DNA from: a virus
Taxonomy: Duplodnaviria; Caudoviricetes
Reading direction: 5' to 3' (one strand)
Length of the DNA: 64,000 nucleotides
IMG/VR virus record: IMGVR_UViG_3300005670_000019
The number at the start of each line of letters is the position of its first letter. Within the stretch, counting starts at the first letter, position 1. A model generated the notes under the pieces. The model was not told the origin of the DNA. It was given only the letters and a program-made list of their open reading frames with translations, and did no database searches. A program made the position numbers and the translations under genes. Positions 55,783 to 64,000 of the stretch are shown in pieces.

Positions 55783-57690
55783 TCAGATGATTCCCATATC
55801 AAGAACCGTAACGGTTGCGTAGAAGTCCGAACGAACCATCTTCTTACCGTAACGTGTCATGATACCCTTACGAGGCGTGAAATCCTCCTGTGCGTAGATC
55901 ACAGGTGTAAGGATAAGAGGAATGTATGGAGCGTAGATATAACCACTCTCAAGGAAAGTGTTACCCTTCAATCCGATAAGAATCTTGTTCGCTGGGAAGT
56001 AAGGATCCTTATAGACTGTGTAGCGGCTGTTAAGTTGACCTGCTGGCTCTGCACCAACTGTCATTCCATCACGAACCTGTCCATCGCTATCGATCTTGTA
56101 CTGAGGCTTGTAAGCAACCATGTGCTCAAAGATTGTGCAGACCTGTGGTGAGGTCACAATGAAGTTACCTGAACCACGGAGCGTCTTTGTGTGAATGGTG
56201 TTTGCAGCGTCAGAGATTGTCTCGACAAGTGTCTGGTACCACTGTTGAACGTCAGCGTAGACCATTGGTCCTGGGCTGAGGGTGTTGTTCTGAAGAGCTT
56301 CACCACCAGTGTACTTGTTGACCAAACGTCCTGGAGCACGGCTCCAGAAGAGGTTTGCAGCGTTTGCCTGCGTAAGAAGGTCATTCAAGATTTCACGGTC
56401 GATTTCCAACGTGATCATTTCGCTGAGGATGTTGGTCAACTCAACTTCAATGTCAATGTTGTAGAAAGCCGTAAGGTCTTGAGCCATTTCTGGCGACCAC
56501 TTAGCACGAAGCTTACGGGTCTTTGCAGTCACAGAGGTTGACTCAATCTTGATATCAACATCTGGAATCTTTGGTGATGGCTCATCAACAGCGAAGTTAG
56601 ACTCGAACGATGGGATCGTAAGAGTTGCACCGTCGTTGTTTACTGAGAGTGCGTCTGTGATAACAGCCGAACCAGTTACGAACTCACCCGATGGAACTGC
56701 ACCAGTGTTGCTCAAACGAACAACGAACTGAATGTGGCTTCCGTTGAATGGATCTGGAACGAAGGTTCCGTTTACAGGATCGAAGTTACCGCGCTTGTTC
56801 AACTTACGAAGGTTGAGAACGCCTGCTCCGCCTTGGTAGTTTTCACCCCATGCGACAGCGCCTCCTGGCGTTGGTTGACCTGCGGTTGCAGCGAAACGTG
56901 AAAGAACGATTTGGTCAAGAGCAGAGCTGTCGAAACCGCCAACTGCTGAGGTCCAAAGAGAAGCTGAAACGTGAACGAAAGCGTAGTCAAGGACTGCGGT
57001 TTCAACGTCACGCTCAACATTCGAATCGTAATCTACGAAACGTGCATTGAAGCCTGTGAAATCTGCTGAAGAACCAACGGTTGCAGCAGGGGTCCAAGTT
57101 GAACCTGAAACCCAAGCACCGATGGAGTTTGAAAGAACAGCTACAACACCTGTCTTATGAACACGGCTGTATCCTGTACCAACGTTGTCATACATACCAC
57201 CTGTTGCAAGTGAACCGGAGCGAACTCCTGCGCCTGCTGGGTTGTTGTAGACTGATTGACCACGAGCGTATCCGTAGACTCCGCCTGTTCCGGAAAGGTC
57301 AACACCAGCGTCGCCACCAACGTTGTTTCCGTATGTGTAATCAAGATAGAACAAAAGTCCTGATGGAAGGCTCATTGGCTGAACGCTAACGACCTCATTT
57401 GCAATCAATCCTGCGAATACTCGACGGACGATTGGGAATGCGACGTTAGAGAAACCAACAACCTGACCACTTGAAACAAGACTTGCTCCACCCGTTGAAA
57501 GGGAGTTTGCTTCGCGAAGAAGCTCTGCTGTCTGGTTCTCAAGAAGGATAGCAAGGTTGTCTCGCTTCAAACCACGAAGACCCTCAAGCAAGCCATGCTC
57601 TTTCCATTTCTTTACAAGACGAGGTGCATCTGCTGCAACCTTCGATCTGTGAAGATTTTCCGCTAACTGCGATAGTGTAAATTTACTCAT
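55783..57690 (-). CDS. gp23: major capsid protein (T4 gp23-like) with large insertion
   Basis: LLENQ, VQPM..PSGL.F, TRKLRAKW..E.AQDL, EIDRE, YAPYIPL, TRYG. Confidence 0.96.
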   Translation of the reverse strand: MSKFTLSQLAENLHRSKVAADAPRLVKKWKEHGLLEGLRGLKRDNLAILLENQTAELLREANSLSTGGASLVSSGQVVGFSNVAFPIVRRVFAGLIANEVVSVQPMSLPSGLLFYLDYTYGNNVGGDAGVDLSGTGGVYGYARGQSVYNNPAGAGVRSGSLATGGMYDNVGTGYSRVHKTGVVAVLSNSIGAWVSGSTWTPAATVGSSADFTGFNARFVDYDSNVERDVETAVLDYAFVHVSASLWTSAVGGFDSSALDQIVLSRFAATAGQPTPGGAVAWGENYQGGAGVLNLRKLNKRGNFDPVNGTFVPDPFNGSHIQFVVRLSNTGAVPSGEFVTGSAVITDALSVNNDGATLTIPSFESNFAVDEPSPKIPDVDIKIESTSVTAKTRKLRAKWSPEMAQDLTAFYNIDIEVELTNILSEMITLEIDREILNDLLTQANAANLFWSRAPGRLVNKYTGGEALQNNTLSPGPMVYADVQQWYQTLVETISDAANTIHTKTLRGSGNFIVTSPQVCTIFEHMVAYKPQYKIDSDGQVRDGMTVGAEPAGQLNSRYTVYKDPYFPANKILIGLKGNTFLESGYIYAPYIPLILTPVIYAQEDFTPRKGIMTRYGKKMVRSDFYATVTVLDMGII

Positions 57691-57724
57691 ATTTCACCTT
57701 TGTAACTTATCAACCAAATTTTAT

Positions 57725-59917
57725 TCAGTCGGCATCCTTTTTCTTAATTCCTGAAAGGACCTGCCAACGTTCGAAGGAACCAATTGCTGGTTCATACGAG
57801 CTTTCGCGGAGGGCTGCCGATGGAGATCCCGACTTGGTTGTCGCAGATGTAGAACCTGGCATTTTCTGTCCTTTGCTTGCCTTCTCGTTAAGAACCTTCT
57901 CAACTTTAAGATAAACATCTTTTGCTTCGGCGAGAGATTTTGCGTTATCCAAGAACTCTGCGATCTTAATCTTTTGAGTTTTTGTAACATCCTCACGAGC
58001 GAACAAACGGTTTGCATATACAAGCTTAGCCGTTGTTAGTCTTTCTTCTTGTAGCTTCTTCTCAAGATTCTTCTTCTCAAGAAGTGCTTTTTGAACCATC
58101 TTCTTAGCTTGTTCGCTAACTACTGGTTTACGAACTGGTGCTGGAGCTGGTTTGCGTGCTTGTGGCTTTGAAGGAGCCTTCTTTGAGGTCTTTGACTCTT
58201 GAAGTTTCTTAAGTTGTGAAACAACCTTACGACGGATGGACTCAACCAACTCATCATCAAGGAGCATTTCCTCACCCTCGTCACCAAGGTCTGAACCACC
58301 AAGTTCATCTCCACCAAGCTCTGAATCAAGGTCATCTCCACCAAAATCATCTGATGCACCAAGACCCTCGGCGTCATCAACAACCTCAAGCTCTTCATCG
58401 TCGCCAAGGTCAGACAGGTCAAGATCCATTCCATTTACTGTAAGAAGGAATTCGTCCTCGCCTTCCATATCAGAATCCATGTCGTGATCAATGTCAATAG
58501 CAAGGTCACCCTCACCCATGTCACTGTACTCACCAAGATCCATGTCTTCTGCCATAGCCATTTTCTTCTTGTCGGTATTTCCGATCTTTGCTCCGCCCTC
58601 TTCCCACTCAAGGTCAAGTGCGTGACCGCCTTCATCAGCTTCTTTCAAAGCCTTCTTGAGACGTGCAATATTTTCTTTCTTTAGACGACGGAAGACTTCA
58701 CGAAGCTCTTCTTCTTCAACTTCGAACTCCTCGGACTCGGCAACAGTCTTTGCAGCAAGAGACTTTGATTTGTCGTGTACATCTTTTGAAGCAGTCTCAG
58801 CACCGGAAGCTTCTGAACCATCACCGAATGGTGAGCCAGCATCTTCAAGATCACTGTTTGTGCTTTCTTCTTTCATAAGATCAACATCGTCTGCACCATC
58901 TACTGATTGTGCGTGTGAAGTTGCCTTGTCATCTGTTGGTACTCCTGTATCACCTGTTGAATCGGAGTCTTGCGCGAGGTTCTCTTCCTCGAACAATTTT
59001 GCTGCCATTTCTTTAAGAGTTGCCATCGTTGTCTTACCCTTTTCTTCTCCATAACTATTGCTGGATTTTGCTTCTTTCAATTTCAAATTGAGAAATTCTA
59101 ACTTATTCTCTTCATTTTTTTGTTTTTTGGCATTAATTTCACCCGTTTCTCGAAGATAATCGAGTGTTTCTACCAAAGAGAATAATTGATTTTTCAAACT
59201 ATCAAACACAATTCTTGGAGTATTTTTTCTAAAGAAAGCTCTGTCAATTTTGTTTGATACTTCGGAAAGCTTTGTTTTATAGCCTTCATAAGTACGTGTT
59301 TCTGGAAGTGTTGGCTCTGTTTGTTCTGCCTCAACACCTGCAAGTGCATCAAGAGATGTGTCAAGACCGGCTTCTGCTCCAGGCTCTTGTCCTGCTGCTG
59401 CATTTACGTCTTGACTCTCTGGTGTGTTTGTTGATGGCAATGCTGGTTGTTCTGCTGGAGCACCAACATCCAATGAGGATGCATCAACTGAAGATGGAAG
59501 AGCTTCTGGATCGTTGTCATCTGTTTGAACAAACAATTGATCAAAATCAACAACAATCTTTCCGTCTTCATCTGGAAGTTGAAGTCCTGCAATATCATTT
59601 TGCGGTTGTACTGGGGCTGGTGAAGCATCTCCACCCATTGAAGCTGGTGTCGTTTCAACCGAAGCTGCATTCATATCTGCTCCAGTGTTTCCAGCATCAA
59701 GTCCTGTATCAAGACCAAGATCCCCTGTACCGTCTTCAGTTTCATCAAACTGAAGTTCTTCCTGCTCAAGGAGTGTCTTTCCAGAAGAAATCTCTGCTGA
59801 AATTGCTCTTCGAATTACAGGAGTAATCTGTTCCAAGATTTTATTTCTTGCTTCCTGAACAGCCAATTCTCTAATTTTGTTGGCATCTGCCAACGCTTCA
59901 TCATATAGTTTACTCAT
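57725..59917 (-). CDS. prohead scaffold/core protein
   Basis: Very acidic, EALADA start, KL.Y.N.LF, C-terminal RWQ.L.GI; directly upstream of MCP. Confidence 0.75.
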   Translation of the reverse strand: MSKLYDEALADANKIRELAVQEARNKILEQITPVIRRAISAEISSGKTLLEQEELQFDETEDGTGDLGLDTGLDAGNTGADMNAASVETTPASMGGDASPAPVQPQNDIAGLQLPDEDGKIVVDFDQLFVQTDDNDPEALPSSVDASSLDVGAPAEQPALPSTNTPESQDVNAAAGQEPGAEAGLDTSLDALAGVEAEQTEPTLPETRTYEGYKTKLSEVSNKIDRAFFRKNTPRIVFDSLKNQLFSLVETLDYLRETGEINAKKQKNEENKLEFLNLKLKEAKSSNSYGEEKGKTTMATLKEMAAKLFEEENLAQDSDSTGDTGVPTDDKATSHAQSVDGADDVDLMKEESTNSDLEDAGSPFGDGSEASGAETASKDVHDKSKSLAAKTVAESEEFEVEEEELREVFRRLKKENIARLKKALKEADEGGHALDLEWEEGGAKIGNTDKKKMAMAEDMDLGEYSDMGEGDLAIDIDHDMDSDMEGEDEFLLTVNGMDLDLSDLGDDEELEVVDDAEGLGASDDFGGDDLDSELGGDELGGSDLGDEGEEMLLDDELVESIRRKVVSQLKKLQESKTSKKAPSKPQARKPAPAPVRKPVVSEQAKKMVQKALLEKKNLEKKLQEERLTTAKLVYANRLFAREDVTKTQKIKIAEFLDNAKSLAEAKDVYLKVEKVLNEKASKGQKMPGSTSATTKSGSPSAALRESSYEPAIGSFERWQVLSGIKKKDAD

Positions 59918-59924
59918 GTTCTAA

Positions 59925-60440
59925 TCACTCGCTGCTTGAACGTCCGTAAATCAATCTGCCAATCTTTTGGCTACTAATTTTCTCTGCTGTATCTTTTGGA
60001 ACAGCGAACCCATCAGTGTTTGCGCCTGGAGGAGTATTGAATGCTCCGCCACCACCGCGCTTACGTTGAGTTGCTTCAACACCTGCTGCTGGAATGTTTG
60101 CTGGGTTGTGTGGATCCTCAGCTGCCACTGCAATGTTAGGAGCATAAGGACTTCCCGGAAGACCTCCGCCACCAACTTCAACATCTGCAAAATCAGGAGC
60201 ACCATCAGGGTTACTTGTAGAAGGACCGTAATCCAAATTTACTGTACCAAACGTATGTCCCTCATCACTAATTGTTCCATCTTGGAAGCTTTGTGCCAAA
60301 GCAGTAACTTGGGCGTCTTTGTATTCACCAGAATACACAGGAGAGCCTGGATAGAGAATTTGCATATCTCTTGTATCACTGGATCCCATTCCGAATGTTC
60401 TTACTGGTGGTTCGACTTTGATTTGTTTGTGTGAAGGCAT
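59925..60440 (-). CDS. head-module protein (Gly/Pro-rich)
   Basis: SD AGGAG, TATTTA motif, between protease and scaffold. Confidence 0.65.
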   Translation of the reverse strand: MPSHKQIKVEPPVRTFGMGSSDTRDMQILYPGSPVYSGEYKDAQVTALAQSFQDGTISDEGHTFGTVNLDYGPSTSNPDGAPDFADVEVGGGGLPGSPYAPNIAVAAEDPHNPANIPAAGVEATQRKRGGGGAFNTPPGANTDGFAVPKDTAEKISSQKIGRLIYGRSSSE

Positions 60441-60485
60441 TGAATAGCTCCTTAGCTTTTTCTAAATATACGTTCAAAATCAAAA

Positions 60486-60986
60486 TCAACGAGGTCTTTG
60501 AGACTTAGAGAATGCAAGCTCTGCCCAACGAGAAGCAAACTGTCCTTCTTGACGAGGAGGAGCAACTGGCGTTGGCATTTCTTGTTGTTCTTGAAGCATG
60601 TGAGGCTGTTGATAGTTTTCTTGATAACTTTGGTGCATTCCTTGTTGAAGAACGCCCATGTGTTGAGCGTGCCTATCTCCCAAAACGTGAGGATGGTTTG
60701 CAGCCGTGTCTGAAAATATTTCGTAGAGAGCACTCATTTGATTTGGATTGCCTTTTGCCATATTCGAAGCCAATGTTGAAATAGCTCCTGCGGCTGGGTG
60801 TCCGTGCATCATTTGGTTATAGTGAGGCTGCGGGAAACCGTTTTGTGGAGGCATTATTTGAGGATTAGAAGGCATTGAAACTTGCTTCATGCTTTCCATC
60901 ATCATTTGTTGAAAATGACCTTCTTGAATTAATTCTTTCAAACACTCTTTGATTAGTGATTTGAATTGCTTACCTGACATTTTCAT
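60486..60986 (-). CDS. tagged Q/M/P-rich low-complexity head-module protein
   Basis: MKMSGKQFKSLIKECLKE start. Confidence 0.65.
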   Translation of the reverse strand: MKMSGKQFKSLIKECLKELIQEGHFQQMMMESMKQVSMPSNPQIMPPQNGFPQPHYNQMMHGHPAAGAISTLASNMAKGNPNQMSALYEIFSDTAANHPHVLGDRHAQHMGVLQQGMHQSYQENYQQPHMLQEQQEMPTPVAPPRQEGQFASRWAELAFSKSQRPR

Positions 60987-61627
60987 TTTTTATTACCCTT
61001 TTTGATCTGTTCGTGAAAGTCGAGAACTTCATTTGCTACACGATCAATCATGTCACTCTTTTTGAAGAAACCTTGAAGTGAGCTAACATCAACTTCCTTT
61101 CCTTCTTTAAACATGAAGGCGCCCGGAGTGGAAGGTTCAGAGACAAAATCCCAACAAATAAGTTGAAGGTCGTCTTGAACAACATTTACATCTCCATGTC
61201 GTTCGACAGAGCCCAATGCACGAGAAGAAATTCCGACCTTGATGTCATTCTCAAACAGAACCTTCAATTGTCTTCCTTGGTCCATGTTTTCAAGAATTTC
61301 AACTTCACCATAAACAACATCGTCTTCCCACCAAACATCTGTAATGACGTGAGAAACAAACTTTAGGTTTACAGTTGGTTCGTCTGCATGATCAAGTTCT
61401 CCTGTTGCTCGGCGTTCATCGATTAGTTTCTTATAGTTTGAAACTTCGCGCCTAAGAACATCAAGTGGATAAACTCGTCCATTTGCATTTTGAGTATTTG
61501 CTCTTTGAAGGACTCCACGTACAAGCATGTTTCCGTATTTTGAACGACGAACCTTTTTTTGTCCTTCGGTTTCGTCATACAACTTCTCATATTCAAACTC
61601 AGCAAACTCTTTTAGAAATTTAGCCAT
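60983..61627 (-). CDS. gp21: prohead protease (T4 gp21-like, S77)
   Basis: N.NGRVYP, GELDH, VSH, VGISSRA.GS, WDFVSEPSTPGA. Confidence 0.95.
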   Translation of the reverse strand: MAKFLKEFAEFEYEKLYDETEGQKKVRRSKYGNMLVRGVLQRANTQNANGRVYPLDVLRREVSNYKKLIDERRATGELDHADEPTVNLKFVSHVITDVWWEDDVVYGEVEILENMDQGRQLKVLFENDIKVGISSRALGSVERHGDVNVVQDDLQLICWDFVSEPSTPGAFMFKEGKEVDVSSLQGFFKKSDMIDRVANEVLDFHEQIKKGNKK

Positions 61628-62483
61628 TGAAATACTCCTTTTCGAACTTGCTGACAATCATATACATTTTGATGGTTGCTTCATTGATAGATGATGTGTC
61701 ATACTCATCTAAGATAGATTTGATAGAAGAGAGTTTTTCAAGAAGTGGTTTCTTGAATTCTTCATTAGATTTTGCATCTTCAAAAATACGAAGTGCTTTG
61801 CTTTTGATTTCTTCAAGCTTTGAAACAAGTTGTTTTTGATGTTCTTGTGAGCCTCCAAAAAACAACTTGATAATCTGCTTTTGATCTTCGTTCAAACTAG
61901 TTTCATATTTGCTGTTGAACTTGTTTGTCATAATCTGATAAGCAAGTCCGTTTATGTCATCTTGTGTCATTGACAAACAAGATGGATCTCCTTCGTTCTC
62001 TTTCTTCTCTCGAAGAAGCCATGACAAAACAGTTTCTTCTAGTGAGGCAACATCAGAAGCACTTTCCAGAAGAGTTTCATTTGACTTCCAATAATTCAAA
62101 AGAATTTGAATGCTAGCAAGTTCTTTGTATTCATTGATGGAACGATTCCAAAACTCTGGATCATTTAGTTTGAAGTTGACGTTTTGAATGAAGGCATTCT
62201 TTTCAGTTTCCAACTTTTTGTTGTCCAACTTCTTCACATGAGATTTGACTTGTTCCATTAGTTTCAAAGCAATCTCTTTGTTTTTGAATTTTGAACCATG
62301 AAGTGCTTTGAAGGCAAGAAATTCTTTATTCATTTCAGTGCCAGGTCTTAGAGCATTCTTCCAAAGAACAATAGCCTTATCAACTCCTTTCTCATCCTGT
62401 GCAAGGACACAGTGAGAAATGTGTTGTGAGACAAACTCAGTCAATAATCCAATGTTTCTTTTTTTGTTGTGTTTAAAAGCCAT
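61620..62483 (-). CDS. conserved head-module protein
   Basis: KHNKKRN.G start, FN.KY...LNE.QK; between portal and protease. Confidence 0.7.
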   Translation of the reverse strand: MAFKHNKKRNIGLLTEFVSQHISHCVLAQDEKGVDKAIVLWKNALRPGTEMNKEFLAFKALHGSKFKNKEIALKLMEQVKSHVKKLDNKKLETEKNAFIQNVNFKLNDPEFWNRSINEYKELASIQILLNYWKSNETLLESASDVASLEETVLSWLLREKKENEGDPSCLSMTQDDINGLAYQIMTNKFNSKYETSLNEDQKQIIKLFFGGSQEHQKQLVSKLEEIKSKALRIFEDAKSNEEFKKPLLEKLSSIKSILDEYDTSSINEATIKMYMIVSKFEKEYFNG

Positions 62484-62531
62484 TTGGGCTATTCCTTCAG
62501 CCAAATCTTTGTTTAATTATAGAAGAGTTTT

Positions 62532-64000
62532 TCAAGAAGACGAATTTTCCAATTCTTCTTTTATTTTTTGCTCCATTTCATCAGTTTCACTAAGTTCTAA
62601 GCCCTCAAAGTCTACTTCTTCAAGTAGTTGTTCAACGGAAGACTTTTCATCGGTCAAAGTGAAATCGATTTCTTGCTCTTCATTCAAAACCTTTGATACT
62701 TTGTGGTGTCTGTCAAAGCTATCAAAGATTGATCTCATACTCTTGGAGATTATGGCTGACGGCTTCAAAACAGAACGGATTTCACTTTCCAAATCTGCCC
62801 TTAGAAGATCCTTGATTGTGATACTTTCTTTTCTTAGAGGGTTTCTAAGATATTCCAAATCATACGGATCTTCAGCGTCTCTATTTGATGGTGACAACAT
62901 AGAAGCAAAGTCTGGATTTAGATTTTGAATTGAACCGGCTCTTCTTTGGTAGTTTTTCTTGTTTCTGTCAAGAATTGGTGTAGCAGAAGCTCCGATTGGA
63001 AGTTGACCACGTTCACCTGAACCCAAAAGAGGTGCAGTGTCCCCATCTTGGTTTTTTGGTGTAGGATTGAGGGCTGCAAGATAATCAACTTCTCCTTGTG
63101 TTTGAGGTTGATTTACAATTTGTTTTGAAGGCTCTCTTTCTACAGAAGTTTGAGAGTATGCAGAAGGATCAAACGGATCAACATCACGTTGCTGTTGTTG
63201 AGGAAGGTTTTCTGCGGTAATAGTCTCGATTTCAGCCTCAGAAATCTTGTCTCTTCTAAGACCAATCTCAATATCTGCCATTTCTTGTGAAGTCAATCCG
63301 AGAATGTTCTTTTTGATCCAATTCTCATCAACAAGCTTGGTTTCTTTTGCTGCTCCACCAATTTCAAATCTGTTCTTCCACAAATCCAACTTTTGTTGAA
63401 CTGCCACAGATGAAGGATTTGACAATTTGATTTCAAAATTAACAAGGTCTTCTCCATCAAAACCTCTTGCATAAAGATGAAGCATTGCAATTTTGTTCAA
63501 CTCTGCAATAACCATCTTTTGAAAGATCGAAACTGTTCTGCTGAAACGAATATCTTCTTGTGCTAGTGTTGCTTTACCACCAAGAGCTTCATCGAAACCA
63601 AGGTAAGCTTTTGGAACTTGCAAAGCAGAAAACAATTTACGTTGAATGTATTCAACGTCTTCAATCGCTGTATTGTTAGTACCCCCAGGAAGAGTTTCGA
63701 TCTTTGTAGCTTCGTTAGCACCTCTTTTTGGAACCCAATAGTCTTCAAGAACAGAAACAGGATTCCATCGTCGGTCTTCACGACCTGACATTTTTTCAAC
63801 CATGTTCTTTGAAGAAAGTTGGCTCTTTACACCTTCCATGTAACTTGGAATGTCGTTTGGAGCAATGTTTGCTACGTCAACATAGAATACTCGGCGTTCA
63901 GGGCTTCTAACAATTCTATAAACCAACATGGCATCTTCAAGCATTCCAAGTTGATGCCAAACTCTTCGAGCTGGGTCCAAGATTGAGGAACCGTATGGAA
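62532..64000 (-). CDS. gp20: portal protein (T4 gp20-like), 5'-truncated by window
   Basis: PYG.S.L, EDAM..YRI.R.PERRVFYVDV, EDYW.P.R, TLPG, L.VP. Confidence 0.95.
   Translation of the reverse strand, partial: PYGSSILDPARRVWHQLGMLEDAMLVYRIVRSPERRVFYVDVANIAPNDIPSYMEGVKSQLSSKNMVEKMSGREDRRWNPVSVLEDYWVPKRGANEATKIETLPGGTNNTAIEDVEYIQRKLFSALQVPKAYLGFDEALGGKATLAQEDIRFSRTVSIFQKMVIAELNKIAMLHLYARGFDGEDLVNFEIKLSNPSSVAVQQKLDLWKNRFEIGGAAKETKLVDENWIKKNILGLTSQEMADIEIGLRRDKISEAEIETITAENLPQQQQRDVDPFDPSAYSQTSVEREPSKQIVNQPQTQGEVDYLAALNPTPKNQDGDTAPLLGSGERGQLPIGASATPILDRNKKNYQRRAGSIQNLNPDFASMLSPSNRDAEDPYDLEYLRNPLRKESITIKDLLRADLESEIRSVLKPSAIISKSMRSIFDSFDRHHKVSKVLNEEQEIDFTLTDEKSSVEQLLEEVDFEGLELSETDEMEQKIKEELENSSS

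Noticed and set aside
56620-57300. Intein or intron in the long major capsid gene
   Set aside because: Insertion is in frame, Gly/Ser/Thr-rich and lacks intein C/HN termini or LAGLIDADG motifs; more likely a surface domain
58230-58560. DLG/DDE-rich quasi-repeats in scaffold
   Set aside because: Low-complexity acidic protein sequence, not a DNA repeat element
1-64000. Stop-codon reassignment, as seen in some large phages
   Set aside because: Conserved genes are uninterrupted in code 11 and TAA, TAG and TGA all end genes at expected positions

Overview
This window is part of a large T4-superfamily-like (myovirus, probably jumbo/huge) bacteriophage genome read in the standard genetic code. The minus strand carries the morphogenesis module: portal (partial), prohead protease, scaffold, major capsid, neck gp13/gp14, tail terminator, two tandem tail sheaths, tail tube, a tail assembly chaperone pair with a likely +1 frameshift, and the tape measure. 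A GC-richer early region (~19.7-26 kb) is transcribed divergently from a repeat-rich non-coding segment. Accessory genes include ClpP, a metallophosphoesterase, Nudix, a sigma70-family factor, a fatty-acid hydroxylase, a MoxR AAA ATPase, a Thg1-like protein, a HAD phosphatase and two homing endonucleases. The main candidate new system is an apparent virion-packaged effector arsenal. About 15 late proteins share short amphipathic Glu-ending tags (MKITKKQLxKLVExxxxE or MxxKxLIFE) that resemble T4 capsid-targeting/gp21-cleaved leaders. These tags are attached, sometimes as polyproteins, to ADP-ribosyltransferase-like domains, kinases, a Toprim domain and a glycosylase-like domain. Other notable items: a tandem trio of I78/potato-inhibitor-like protease inhibitors with different reactive sites, a GIY-YIG endonuclease that duplicated the 5' end of the neck gene, and three distinct promoter-like motif classes with many leaderless starts. 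All family calls are from motif recognition by eye; no searches were run.
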